This document shows positions 37,161-50,736 of a stretch of 64,000 nt of DNA, piece after piece. The position numbers and the translations under genes are program-made. Numbering within the stretch: the stretch's first letter is position 1; each line of letters opens with the position of its first letter. The notes beneath the pieces are model-generated. The model was not told where the DNA came from. It saw only the letters and a list, made by a program, of their open reading frames with translations, and ran no database searches. The stretch is from Narcine bancroftii (taxonomy: Eukaryota): assembly GCF_036971445.1 (NCBI RefSeq), contig NC_091472.1, positions 59,210,001-59,274,000 of the forward strand. The letters run 5' to 3'.

Positions 37161-38014
37161 TGATAAACACTTCAGAAAGTGAACATTTGTGAATACCTTT
37201 GATGTCCAAAAACAAGCATAAACTTTAACAGGTTTATATATTTAAAAAATATTGCTAACATTTAAAAATATTTCCACTTCGTAATGGATGAAACATTGGA
37301 TACCAAGGGAAAGTTATAATCGGAAGAACAGATTGATTATAGCTGAGGAATTGTTTATTATAGATACAGATTTTGGATCATCGGCCTGACTTACAACAGT
37401 GCATTGGAACATTCAGATCCCTTCATCCTGTCATAGGAAACCTTGAGAGTTTTCATTCTAGATAAACACACATATACCAGTTGAGAAATTCAATTTGTTT
37501 CCTCACATAATGCATAAAATAATTGTTCTATTGCTCCAAGAGATTTCAAGCATCCATTAATTGTTCCTTCTCTAACTACTGAAGTAATTCAAAGGGTGCA
37601 CTTTGCTTTACACACTTGCTCTAGACCTGTTTCATCACCGTGTTTTAGTCTGGTCACAGGGTTAAGGGATTGGTTAGAGGTAGGGGGTAGGTGGGCAGTG
37701 GTGGAGGTGATGATGGAGTGGTGGCAATGCTTTCTTATTGATTGGGCAATGACAAAGCAGCTCTTTATACATTTGTCAGGAAAGCAGCACTTTTGTAATT
37801 CATTAGGGATGATCAAAAGACCAAAGACTAAAGTCAATGGTGTTGCCCTTAAAAATTTGCTTAAACAGTCATTTATGAACCATTGTACAAATCCAGACTA
37901 ATGTCACATTAAGTGTCTATAAAGTATAACATTTAACATTTTACCTCAGCCTGTGAGGATAATTTTCTTCATTGTTTTGAATTTCCCAAATTAATTATAT
38001 TATTGGTTAGTGTG

Positions 38015-38822
38015 AGCAGTTCCTTTGGTTGTCCAGCATTCTCACTGCCTATAGCAAGAAAAAGCTGATCATCTGCCTGGTGGTGCTGGCTCTGATACTC
38101 CTGCATCTCTTCCCTGATGGGAGCAGTTGAAAGATGCTGTGTGCAGGGTGGAAGGGGTCTTCAATCATTTTGGACTCCCTTTTCAGACAACAATCCCGGT
38201 AGATCACGTCGATGGTGGAGGTGTCGGGGAGGGGATGGAGGAGAGACTCCAGTGATCATCTCTGCCATTCTTATGGTCCTGTGGATTGACCTCAGATCAA
38301 TTTCTCTGCAGTAACCATTACCACACTGAGAGGCAGCCAGCCTGGACACTCTCAACTGAGCTCCTATAGAAGGTTGGCATAATGGTGGCCGGTAGCCTTG
38401 CCCGCTTCAGTCTTCTCAGGAAGTGCAGTCACTGTTGTGCCTTCCTCACAAGTGAGGAAATGTTGAGTCTCCACAATAGGTCACTTGTTAAGTGAGCTCC
38501 AAGTGGGGCGGCACGATTGGAGTAGCAGTTAGCGCAATGTCTTTACAGTGCCAGAGATTGGGATCAGGATTCGAATCCTGTGCTGTCTGTAAGGAGTTTT
38601 ATGTTCTCCCCGTGTCTGCGTGTGTTTTACCTGAGGGCTCCTGTTTCCTCCCACCATTCAAAATGTACTGGAGGTATATGTTAATTGGATGTAAATTGGG
38701 CAGAATGGACTCGTGGGCCAAAATGGTCTGTTACCATGCTGTACGTCTAAATTTAAACTTGCTGCACTCCACTCTCTCTACTACAGAGCTGTTGCTGTGT
38801 AGTGGAGGTTGGTTGTATTGAT
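38015..38822 (-). mobile_element. Rex1/Babar-type LINE fragment hosting a V-SINE
   Basis: YCREIDLRSIHRTIRMAEMITGVS; sequence resumes after the SINE (aacttgctgcactccactctctctactacag, antisense VERVECSKF). Confidence 0.75.
38505..38757 (+). mobile_element. Full-length V-SINE (HE1-like)
   Basis: tRNA-like head ggggcggcacg..A-box..ggattcgaatcc B-box; V-domain gttctccccgtgtctgcgtg..ctcctgtttcctcccac; tail gggccaaaatgg..tgctgtacgtctaaattt. Confidence 0.85.
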
Positions 38823-39439
38823 GCTGTGAACATTTGTTCTTCATGTAGTTATACAAAGCCTTAAATAACACAATGAATATAGAAAAAAAGTCTCGCAAGA
38901 TAAAGTCCTTGAAATATTTAAATGCCAACTGCTTGAATGTCAATTCTATTTTTCTTGGCTAGACCTCACATTTTGCAGTGTGCATCAAGGTCACTGATTC
39001 TCTGTTCCCATGAAGGTTAATATACTGTCAGAGCCCTTGTTTTTTTTTCTTCAGCTCTGGGAACAGCAAACTCCATAGTCCACCTGTGGAAGTCTGGCAT
39101 ATCCTGAGTGCAAAAGTTGCTGTTGGGCAATCTGAAAGAAATTGCCTATTCAATGTCCGATCCTTTCTTAAAGAAGGTACGGTACTTTTCACGAAGTACT
39201 AAAGGATTTTTTAAAGTACACACAATAAACATCAGAAATAAATACATTCCTTTTTAATCACTGTGAGTCTTAACAACTAGTATCTTTCTCTGTGAAACTG
39301 AAATAGTGAAAGGCTTCCCAATCACAAAGAAGTTGACATTTTGACAATCCTGTGTCCTGTCTGGAAACCTGTCCGGTGCATACTGAATTAAAAGTTTATG
39401 AAGCAAGTCAAATCCTCAAGGTAGCCAAACTCGTGAAAC

Positions 39440-41100
39440 ATGCATCAGACTGAACTGGAGGCTGAGACTGATGGACGGCAGCTGTGGTACGGTTTGACCG
39501 TTATCACATCCTCTAAGTGGTATCTTAATGGTGAACCACCCAGACGAACTCAACACCTTCTGTGTTCAAAAGGGAAAACAATGATGCATCCTCACAAGGC
39601 CCCACAGACTCCAATCACTGAGGCTGATGTGAGGAGGGTGAATCCTCAGAAAGCAACCAGCCCAGGTGGTCTACATGCCTGTGTCCTTAAAACCTTCACA
39701 ACCAACGGGCTGGACTTTTGGCAGACATTTTTAATAACTTGATCTCTTGAGATCCCCACCTGCTTCAAAATCCACACCCGCTCTACATCCATTGAACCAG
39801 TGCCCAAAAAGAGCAAGGTGACTTACCTCGATGACTATCAGCCAGTAGCACAAACATACACTGTGATGAAGTGCTTTGAGAGGTTGGTTATGGGGTAATC
39901 AACTTCTGCCTCAAGAAGGACCTGCACCCACTTCAATTTGCCAGCCATCACACAGGTCAACAGTCATATCACCTCGCTGGCCCTCCATTCTGTATTAAAT
40001 CACCTTGACCACAAAAACACCTACATGGACTACAGCTCAGCATTCAACACTATCATACCTGCAAAGTTAATAATAAAACTTAGGGATATGGGACTCATCT
40101 CAACACTCAGCAAGGGGATCCTCAACTTCCTCATCAGTAGACCCCTATCAGTATTGATTAGAAACAGCATCTCTTCTTCGATGACCATCAAAATTGGGGT
40201 ATTGCAAGACTGCATGCTAAGTCACTGCGCTGTACCCTGTACACTCATGATTGTGCAATCAATTTCGACTCTAACACAATCAATAAATTTGCAGATGACT
40301 ATTGGCTGATTAAAAGAAAATGAAGGGTACAGAATATATATATTGGAGATCAAGAATCTGGTTTGGTGATGCCAGAGCAACAGTATTGCTCTCAACTTAT
40401 TGTTCATGCATGGAATGAGAGGACATTGACAGGATTGCAGTGGAGAGAGTTATTATTCAGATCCCTAGGAGTCCACATATTGAAGGACTCCCACTAGAGC
40501 CAGAAATCGAGGCAGCAGTGAAGAAGCCGCACCAACGCCATAACTATCCAGAAAGTCTGAGTAAATTTGGCACGTCCTTAATGACTCTATCAAACCTTCA
40601 CAAGGGTACTGCGGAAAGTATGCTGAATGGTTGCATAACAGCCTGGGTTGGAAACTCGAGTGTCCAAGAATTCACAAGGCTGCAAAAAGTGGCAAACCTA
40701 GTCAGGTCCATCCCAGGAACTGACTTCCATCTTCTGAAGATATCAATGTGACACACTGCCTGAAGAAGGCATCCAACATCATACAGGATCTCCACCACCC
40801 TGGTCACAATCTCTTCTCACTGTTGCCTTCAGGCAGGAGGTACAGAAGCCTGAAGTCTAACTTGTTTAAGTTCACGAACAGCTTTTTACCAACAGCAATC
40901 CGGATCTTGAACTTCCTCAGACAACCCTAACCAGAAACTACTTCAGCAACATCAAAAGACCTGTCTGCACTTTTGAAAAATCACTTTTTTTTCATGCACT
41001 AACTGCAATCATGATTAATCACTCATTGATCTTTTAATATTTATTATCTATTTGTCTGTCTTCGCATGTTGTGGTAATGTCAATATATCTGTACTTAAGC
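39440..41100 (+). mobile_element. Rex1/Babar-type LINE ORF2 3' part
   Basis: RVNPQKATSPGG; PVPKKSK..DYQPVA; DYSSAFNTIIPAKLIIKL; LNGCITAW; IIQDLHHPGHNLFSLLPSGRRYRSL..FTNSFLPTAIRILN. Confidence 0.85.
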
Positions 41101-41599
41101 AATGACAATCTTCTCATCTTCTTAGATTTTCTTCTAACTTTAGTGGAGTTTTAGTTTTATCTGTGCATCGTATTTTGCAGAGACATTGAGAGATGAAGAG
41201 ATGGTTCCCTTGCTGCACTACTTGATGTTCTCTCTTCTTTACTATATCACCTAACATTACAAAATATAAAATGATTTCTATTTGGAGTGACATTGCCTAT
41301 GGATCGAAAATGTTTAGAGGCTGACCAGTTTCCATTCATCCTGTAGTTCCATTTCAGTACAAGGTGCAATGTTTCAATGAGAAAGATCAAAAACAGTGTT
41401 GGATCAATGGCACAACTTTGCCTGTTGGCCCTAGAATTAACTCTGTGATTAATCTATTGATGATAACCAAAGATTGCATGTGGCAGGTTTGGCCTGAAGA
41501 CTAATTTCTGAGGGCAGCCAAGTTTATCCTCCATAATTCCTTCCAATTATCAATGTCAAAGATAATGCAATGTTATTATGACCTGGGTGTCAATCCGGC

Positions 41600-41717
41600 A
41601 ATGTCCGGGTGCTCTGGTTTCCTCCAATCGTCCAAAAACGTATGGGTTTTGTAGGTTAATTAATGTATTTGAGCAGCATGAGCTCATGGGCCAGAAGGGT
41701 TTGCAACCGCACTGCAT
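41600..41717 (+). mobile_element. Truncated V-SINE
   Basis: tccgggtgctctggtttcctcc..catgggccagaagggttt..ctaaattaaatt. Confidence 0.7.
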
Positions 41718-42129
41718 TGCTAAATTAAATTAAATTTCAGGAGATGAAGATAAAAAAAAGCCAATGTGTCATTTTTAGTGCTTCTCCTCACATTCATCTT
41801 TGGTTGACATATGCTCAAGGCCAAAAATTGACTGTGGTTTTGACAGTGAAGAGGGTAAACTAAGACATCAGCTGGTAAATTAGGTACGGCAATTACAGAT
41901 GGAAGTTAATTTGTGAGAATAGCAATTTTGATGGGGAAAGTAAGAGTAAGATCCAAGTTATCAGCAATGTATTTACTTAAGTATACAAGGATATGGAACT
42001 TAGACTATGTATTTGCAAAGGTCCTCTACCAAACTTTCCCTGTGGCACTGCACTGATCCCTGACAATAAAGATCCATGACAAGAATTTGCAAACATGCAT
42101 TATGTTACAAATATATGGAGTCACCTCTA

Positions 42130-42575
42130 ATGAAGATATTTTGGATTGATGAGGGAAAGTATAGATGAAGATGAAGACCACCAACCCAGTGCAAGGCTCT
42201 CGGTCTGCTGCATGATCTCTGCCCTCTTGTCTGTTTGAATGACATCTACAGCGCGAGGTTTAGAGTACTGGAGTGGAACCATTGATGCACATAAATCCTC
42301 CAATAGATCCCAGAATAGATGGGCCATCAGTGAGTCCACCCAGGCTAACATTTCTATCCCTGAGTCTGTGATCACACTTAGTCAGACATATTGGTTGGAC
42401 CAAATCATTAGCCTCCTGAAACAGACCCTCCACGAAGCGAGGAGATTGCCAGGAGTTAAAAGGAGGTAAGCCAAACTTGAGATGTTCTCCAAGCTTTCCC
42501 ATTGATTCTACAGGATCCCTGTGCAATGACTGTTCAATATAGAAAATGAGTATCTGGGATGGTACTGAGAACCTC
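42130..42575 (-). mobile_element. Old L2-like LINE fragment
   Basis: GC-richer block; minus-strand text resembles an APE-RT linker (FNSWQSP; DLCASMVPL); weak match. Confidence 0.35.
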
Positions 42576-43150
42576 AAGTCTTAAAGTTTAAGTTTAGGTT
42601 TATTTGTCACATTAAGTCTTGCGTAAGAAGTGTTCTTTGGAAGCAGGCTAAGAGGGTAACTATATTTTCTTACATTTCGGTAGCTATATTAAAGTAGAAG
42701 TGCCCAATTTGCAGAGTATAGATTTACAATAAGAAAAAAAGATAAATTAGTGGCAAGAAACGGGAGCTTGATAGAATTACTGTGGAGTTCATTCAGGAGT
42801 TTAATACTTGTGGGGAAGAAATGGTCTTTAAGCCTGTTGGAGCACACTTTCACACTCTAGAGGCTTGACTCGATTGGGATAAGGGAGAAGAGGGCGTGTC
42901 TAGGGTGTTATAAGGCCTTCAGTATGTAGGCTGCTTTTCCTAAGCAACAGGAAATGTATATGGAAAGGAGGGAAGTTTTAGTTATGTTGTGAATTGCATT
43001 CACTACCTCTGCAGCTGATTCTGATATTGAGCACAGCAGCTCCCACACAGCATCTAGCAAATATGCTTTTGATGGTACACCTTTAGAAGTTGTGAAGGGA
43101 AAAGGGAGACATGCCAATCTTCTTTATCCTTCTAGAAAGTAGAGTTGTTT
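42575..43150 (-). mobile_element. Rex1/Babar-type LINE 3' fragment
   Basis: (aagttt)n tail then tttatttgtcac; LLSIYISCCLGKAAYILK. Confidence 0.65.
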
Positions 43151-44769
43151 CTTTTTATTGGAAGCATGTTGAAGCCCATGAAAGCTATCAAGTCCCTCCT
43201 ACCCAACAGTGTTAGTGCCTACAGGTTGGCATGACCCACAGAACGGGAGTAAAAGTTGCTGGGGGTTTCAGGGTGAGTTTTACCATGATTTACAGTATAT
43301 TGCTGAATAATGTAGCCCCTTCCAGCAGGAATCTGCAGTGCATGTGTTTCTTTACAATCACACTTAACTATCCTTGCTGAGTTCCACAGAATCTCAAGCA
43401 AGAAATGTAAGTAGAACATGTAAAATCAGGTATAGCAAACAAAAGATATAAAAGGAAAAAAGTAGTAAATTAATAATAATTTTAAAAACATCCAACCTAA
43501 CTAATATGTGAAGGGATAAGACTATAAGTGTTAATTTCAATACAAGGAGGTCAGTAACAATTGGACTCATAAACCACTAAGCATTCATTTACACATGAAC
43601 GAGAAGTACTAACCATATGTGAAACATCTAGTGGGTTTATAATACGTAAATCTCACATTTTCTTGACACTCTGCTCGTGTCTTTGAAAAATAACAGCTGA
43701 ACACAATTTCAACTACATATGAGTTGTCTTGGAAATTACTGCATGATTTATTCTTTAGTGATGTTAAAGCTAGTGTAAAATGAGCCTAATCATTCAGTTG
43801 CTCTATGTGTGTGATGTACATTGTGAGTGTACTATCTTTAATGGCTTGGAGTAAGTTTTCTTGTGAACTAGAATAATGGCATTTATTTTTAGGAATACTC
43901 AATTCACATTAAATTGAAACATTTTTCCACTTGTGATTTTTCCTTGCCTCTCAAATTATCTATTGCTCAAGTTATCGTTGAAGCATCCTGTACTATAATG
44001 TATTAAGAAAGCTTCACTTCATAACCTAATAAAATCCAGAGCAACTACGGTGAAGTGCATACCATTGGCCATTTCATTTTAGTGGAGGTGACCTATTGGA
44101 TCGGATGAAGACTGACAAATTTATTTGAAGCAGAAGTATTTGTGTCTGTTTCATTTCAAAACTTCAATTGGAAATTACATTGTTAATTGTTAAACTCAAT
44201 AAATATTTTAAGAAGAAATTAATTTAAAAAGAAAGGAAATTACATTGTTGCAAGGAAGTAACTGCTACTTTTGAATGGATTTCACCTCTGGAATTGATGG
44301 GAAGAAAAGAACCTGTGTCCAAATAGTTTCATTTTTAGGATGAGTTTTTATAAAAATAGATACTTCCTTTCTTCATTTACTTTATATTTTAACAGGACTA
44401 AGAACTTTGCAACAAATTATGCAGAATAATTTTAATTTATTCTTGATGGAATGTCTATTTATAAGTCACATCCATTAGAGCCTTCTGGTAGCTCTAACAG
44501 TGTAAGATAAAAAGGAGATCTGCAACACCAAGTCTTATTTTCTGTCTTCAACACATATACTCACAGCAGATGTTTCCAATCACTTTGGGTTCATTGCAGA
44601 ATTAACAAGACACCTGCATCTAGTTTGCACTTTAGAGTTTATCTTTTGGCTCAGCCTCAGCTAGTATTACAATATTAGTTCAGGTTATACCCTTCAGGAT
44701 AGGAGCAAGTCATTTAGCTATTTATGTTCTTGAGTTTTTTCATCCATGTTTTTTTTCCCTTTCTTGTGG

Positions 44770-45260
44770 GTGACAAGAACAAGTTTCAATATAAGTGGCA
44801 CAGGAAATGTCAGTCATTGCATCTCAATCCCATGCAAATGATTAGCAGGGCAGAAGATCAGTGTCATGCAAACAACAGTACAGGTGTTCTTCGGTACCCA
44901 TCATGTTTGCGAGAAAGTGCAAATAGTTAGAAGGACAAAAGGGAAATTGGACTTCATTGCAAGAGGGTTGAAGTTGTGAAAGAGGGAAGTATAGGATACT
45001 GGAGAGGTTATTCTTAGAATATTGATAGAGTTCTTGTCCCCTTATTTAAAAATGGTTACCCTGGCATTCAAGGCAGTCTTGTCAACAAGAAATTAGATCC
45101 ATATTCTTTGGAGTTCAAAAGAATTAGATGTGATATGTCTGAAACATCTTGAGGGGGCTTGACAGGGCAGATACTGAGTGGTTTCGCCTTGTGAGAAAAT
45201 ATTGATCAAGGACACAAAATAAGAAGATAAAGGACAGTTAAAACTGAAGTGCACAAGAAC
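44770..45260 (+). mobile_element. Old CR1 fragment
   Basis: cttcattgcaagagggttgaag..ttggagttcaaaagaattag..gagggggcttgacaggg. Confidence 0.5.
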
Positions 45261-46529
45261 TTGCATGTATTTTTGTAATGCATTCTTCTGTTGTTAAAAT
45301 ACTAGATATCTTGCAGGCTGCATGCATGTGGGATGATCAAACATTACTATTGGAGGCAGACAGACAAGTCCACAAATTCATCACACAAATGGCTTTGAAC
45401 ATCTTCGGCAGGAAAAAAAAATATTATCTCTAAAGGTCAAGTCTGTAACAGTGACCATTCCAGCTGATATCTTTTGAAGAGCAACTAAAATAATGTTCTC
45501 TGAGATAGCGCTAGGCCTTGATATTCCAGGTGCAACTATCAGCGGCACTTCAACATCTATAATTTCAACAGTGTAATATAAAACTCAGTATGAGGTTCTC
45601 TTTTTCAGCTATGTGACAGCCAATGCAAACAAAAGGCACAGAACAGCCAGCTTTTCACTGATCTTGAGGCAAGTAAAATGTAATATTGTAACAACAAAGC
45701 AGCAGACTCCTCTGATAGACATCCACAAAGAAGCATCTGTCAAATCTCCTTTAAATATTGAATGGTTCATTACAATTTAACCATCTAGTCCGTTCAAAAC
45801 AGTCATGATTCTGCATACATCATAATTAACACTCTCTATATTTTCAAAGAATTGCAATCTCCCGAGATAAGGGGAAAAATCAAAAATGAAAACCAATTAA
45901 AAGGAAAGTGATCTGAAAAATTCCCTCCCCCACCCTGATTCCTGTAGGCAATCTAACTTACTTCAGGAAATCATTCTTCATTACTTGTCTTTTGTATAAT
46001 GCGAATCACAAATTGATCCATTTCTCTTAAAGACACATAGCAAATTACCATTCATTGCACATAGCTACACCTTACTTCTCTAATAATAGAACGCACCTTT
46101 TAAGTAACGTAGTTCTTACCACGTAAAACAGGTACAATCCCTGATCCTCTGAAACTTCATTATGGTAAAGTGCTTTATCAAGTAAACCAAGGAAGTGCAG
46201 TCAACATCTTAAGCTTTTTGTACAGTTAAAGAGCTTTAAACTGCGAAGCAATTTTATTGTTACCATCGAAAAGCTCAAGTTTTTGGCATATGTATGAAGG
46301 AGCTGAGAATTGTAAATTAGGCCTAATCAAGGTATTTGTCACATCAAATATTATGGTTATTGTATTTGTTGAAGACACTGTGAATGTACACTTGTACACT
46401 TGTATCCTCTTTGTTTGTGAAGAGGACTCTCTTTGTGTTGGTCATCAATCTATTAAATTGAGGAAACCAGGTGCAGTAATACAAAAGTTTGGAATAGCTA
46501 CTTACAATGAGGGAGAAAGGAGCTAGGAT

Positions 46530-47045
46530 TATTATGGAAGAGGTGTGGGCGTTGCTAAAGAGAGAGGATGGGAGGAAGTGGTTAAACGGGATTGGAGCTT
46601 CAGTCGTGAGTAATGGGTGGGGTGAATCAGTACCTCAAGGGGCATGATTGGCTGTGGGAATGTTGGGGAGATTTGCAATGGAGATCTACTGGTGATGAGA
46701 GAGACAGAATTATGACAAATGATGGTTGGAGTTCTGGGCATGCTTTGATGATGGGGTGACTGAAGTCTGTAACATGGGTCAAATACAACTTAAAGGTGAC
46801 CAACCTGTAGGTGCTAAACTCCCACATCCTAAACCTACTCCCAAAATACTGGAGGAACTCAGTGGATCAAGCAGCATACATGGAAGGCAATCGAAAGATG
46901 TTTCGAGGAAAAACCCATCATCAGGAATTAAGGACTTTTGACTCAAAACATCAACAATCTTCCATAGATGCTGTCTGACCCACTGAGTTCTTACAGCATT
47001 TTGTGTGTTTCTCCAGTTTTCCAGCATTTGCAATCTCTCTTGTTT
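46530..47045 (-). mobile_element. Penelope-like element: inverted pseudo-LTR, direct pseudo-LTR with hammerhead core, decayed RT start
   Basis: 46845-46927 and 46930-47045 are imperfect inverted copies; minus strand reads CTGATGAtggg..cctcGAAACatc. Confidence 0.65.
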
Positions 47046-47449
47046 ACTGAGATCTACTCATGCAGGGCTCTCACATTTAGTGTGAAGATGCATTGACAGG
47101 CATGTCCAAGTGTGTTGTATCATTCACTAGCCATATGTGCACAAATTAAGTTCCCAGAATTGATGTTCAAACAGATGTAGAACATTGTTTTGACACAAGT
47201 GTGTTTTGTAGGACCACTCTCCACGTGCATGTTCACTACACATAGAGGACTCAGAAACTACTTGGTGACTTACATGAAAGATGCAGTAAGTACAATCACA
47301 ATTTTCTGATTAAATTCATATAGTGCAAGTAAACAATGTAATTGAATTTCTAGCCCAGCCTTCTTTTGCAGCAGTTCCATGCTGTAAACATTGTGACTCC
47401 TCTATGTGCAAGACCATCAAGATTCCTTTGAAAAAAAAATCCAGCACTG

Positions 47450-47992
47450 CAATAACAGGCTTGTTCTGCTCTCTCCAAACTTCACCCCTCCTCCTTCCCA
47501 ACCTAGTTCCTCAACCCTCTGTAGTTCATCCATCATTCATCCCTCCCCTCTTCTCCTCATAATGGCTATCATCCCTTTCCACTCTCAGTCTTGCTGCAAA
47601 GTCTTGACCCAAATATTTGATGTCTCCTTTCCCCTCCATGGATGCTATTCAATCCTCTGAGTTGATTTGTCTATTGCTCCAGATTCTGACATATTCAAAC
47701 TTTTGACCCTCCAATTTCTGCCTGCTTATTCCTTTTCAGATTTTGATCTACACGAGAACCTTATTGGACAGAGAATAGTTCCTTACACCAGCATGTGGCA
47801 ACAGATAAGTGACTCCCCAAGTATATGCACATCTCTCCTCGGGCTCACAATAACAGACTCATTCTGCTCTCTCCAAACTTCACCCCTCCTCCTTCCCAAC
47901 CTAGTTCCATCAGTGCATTATTCCTCAACCCTCTGTAGCTCATCCATCATTCACCCCTCCCTTCTCCTCATAATGGCTATCATCCCTTTCCA
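47450..47992 (+). repeat. Direct repeat of ~135 bp (47450-47581 and 47848-47992) from a Penelope-like 3' UTR
   Basis: caataacag..ctctctccaaacttcacccctcc..atggctatcatccctttcca occurs twice; first copy continues into a PLE-like terminus to ~47695. Confidence 0.85.
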
Positions 47993-48647
47993 ACTTATCC
48001 ATCTTTTGGGATGTTTTACATGATGCCACCAGATTCATTAAGTAATGAAACTTAACGTAGCACCACTAAAACATTCACATGATAATTATTGTGACTCCCT
48101 AAGATTAATACATTGCAGAGTATTTGGGATTTGAGCAATAAATTAGAATCAAAATCCTATCTATTTACAAGCACATAATTGCTTTCAAGCAACCTATATA
48201 TAAATTATTTTCTGAAAATGAATATCATGCATTGACCTTAATATGTTATTTATGTTTTGCTTTGTGTATGAATTGAAAACTAACTGAATATCAGCAAAGT
48301 AATAAAAGTAAAAACCATCTTTAACGTTGACGTAATGGGAAGGCTAACGATTGCCATTCTTTACACACAACTTAAATAGTGACCTCTGGCAAATGTACTC
48401 AATTAAGTGTAAAATTTCAGAAGCCATTGTTCATCAGTTTGAGTCCCCATTGAAAAAAATGCTTCACTTGCTGGTTTCCTTATTTAGATCTATTGATGAG
48501 GATTAAATTTCGATACTAATACTGTATCTATGAATTAATCACACAATAAAATACAGTATTAACCCTTGAACATTTCAACTAAATGACTCTATTGACTTTA
48601 TTACTACAAAGCAATCTCTCTGGAACTGAAAAATCATCTTTTACTTC

Positions 48648-48887
48648 TGCGATAGTACAGATCTATCACCATTGTATATAGTGTATATAGTTACAGTATC
48701 TAGACTGTGCTTACAGCGATTGGCTGAGAGCTAAGCCACGCCTACTGTCTGGGCCTTAAAGGGTTGTGTCCCTAGCCAGGTCGGATCATTCCGGACTGGT
48801 CGGCCACCTGTGAAGAGCTCCTGTCTTTTGCTAATAAAAGCCTTGGTTTGGATCAACAAGTCTTTGGTTCTTTCGACGAGCTCTACA
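48648..48887 (+). mobile_element. Young solo LTR (240 bp)
   Basis: TG...CA termini; perfect 5-bp TSD acttc (48643-48647, 48888-48892); ATTGG and AATAAA; CpGs retained. Confidence 0.9.
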
Positions 48888-49499
48888 ACTTCAGATTCCA
48901 ATGAATGCAAATTTTCTTCTTATTTCCCTCCTTTACGTATGTTTTATCTCTTTTTAATCAATTATTTTTCTCCCTTATAATTCACCCTTTTCACTTGATT
49001 TACAAGGTCTATGCACCAACTTCCTTATTCAAATCATTCAGCTTGATTGATTTTTTTTTGTCTCATTGTTAAGATTGCACATGTTTAAAACTTGGTTGAA
49101 GCTTCAATGGTGTGTTAATTAGTCACTGTATAGTAGCTATAGAACAAACTTTCTTGTCTGTCATCCTGCCAAAAGAGAACTCAGTGGAACAAGGCAGCAT
49201 GTTCTTGAATCAGCCTAACCCAAGGGAAAGTGTTTCTTTCATCTTTGTAGATCATATAAAGGAAATCAGTAAAAGTTAAATCTGAATCCATGAATGAAAG
49301 AAGTCACGGATGGTTGAGCATCATGGGGGAGTAAGATATTGGGTTTGTGATAGGACTGGTAGGATAGAGCTTGGCCCTGATGGATAAGTAAAATTTATTG
49401 ACAAGGTTGATAGAGAAGTCAGATCAAGAGTCGGAAGCCAGGGGTGTATGGGTGTAGTAGTGCTGTTGGTGGTCAGGGCAAGAGTGGAAATAATGATTA

Positions 49500-50697
49500 A
49501 TGATCAGTGGGGTTAGTTGGTAAAACTTGGCTAATAGATCTGTGGGAGTCAGGAGGGTGAATATTCTTTATGTATTGTTTTGATTTGCAATTTTCCCATG
49601 GAGGATTAATATCAAATATGTATTTAATGGATTGAGGAATGGCCTCAACGGCCAGGATTAAGAACGATTGGGAGAGTGATTTGAAGAGGGCATTCTCAGA
49701 TGAGAATTGGGTCACAACTCTCAATTTGAATAATGAGTCTTTATTTTGTGCACATCATTGTTTGTTCCAATTCTGTGGTGCACAGAATATTATGTCTAAA
49801 GTTAAATTATCTTGTTTTTATCCTGATAAGTGTAAAATTTTGAAGCTTCATTGAGTGATATGTTTTGGGAATGTCCGAACTTAAAAAATTTTTGGAAAGA
49901 TATTTTCCAAACTTTATCAGCGATTCTTAAGACTAAATTAGAACCATGCCCATTGATTGCTTTATTTGTTTTTTCTCTAGAAGAGGATGTATCTTTGTCC
50001 TCAACCCAGAAGAGAATTCTAGCTTTTGGTTCGTTGAAAGCTAGATGAACAATTTTGATAAAGTGGAAAAATAATGTTTCACCCACTCACATTCAATGGT
50101 TACATGATATCATATAATATTAAAGATTCAAAGTCTGAATTTGATGAGATGTGGGGCCCATTCATGGATTATTATCATAATCTGAGGATTTAAGTGGTGT
50201 GGATGCTCTGGAATTCCCTGACTGGTGTCTGGGGTTGTTATTCAATACATATTTACAATATATACAGATAAACTTGTTTAGAGGGAGAGGGTAAATTAGT
50301 AGCAATAAAACAAATCCTTTTTTTTCCTTTTATTATTAAGACATATAAGGGGAGTTTAACTACAGATTATAGATCATATCACAGAACAACATGATCCCAT
50401 CAGAGAAGTATAAAGTATCTTGTATAAGTGAATTTTACATGTATTATTTGCATAAATTTTGTATTCAATATTATTTTTGGATGTAGTCTGAATTATGATT
50501 TAATTGTTTAATTATTATATTATAGAATTTGATGTCTTGAATGAAGTAAGTTGAGTAATAATTACGGTTAATGCTTCTAATTTATAATTGATATGTTATA
50601 TTTATAGGATATGATTTAATTTATGTAAATCTATAATCCTTTTAGATATTGTGTAAAGGGTTTTTGTTAAACTCAATAAAAAATATTTTAAAAAGAG
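49500..50697 (+). mobile_element. L1-clade LINE 3' fragment with zinc-knuckle remnant and A-rich end
   Basis: RIKNDWESDL; MFWECPNLKNFWKDIFQTLSAILK; ends ctcaataaaaaatattttaaaaaga. Confidence 0.75.
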
Positions 50698-50736
50698 GTT
50701 GTATTTTCCACTGGGAAGAAATGTGTAATTCAAGGA

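Noticed and set aside
38505-38580. tRNA gene
   Set aside because: A/B boxes belong to a SINE head followed by V-domain and tail; no full cloverleaf.
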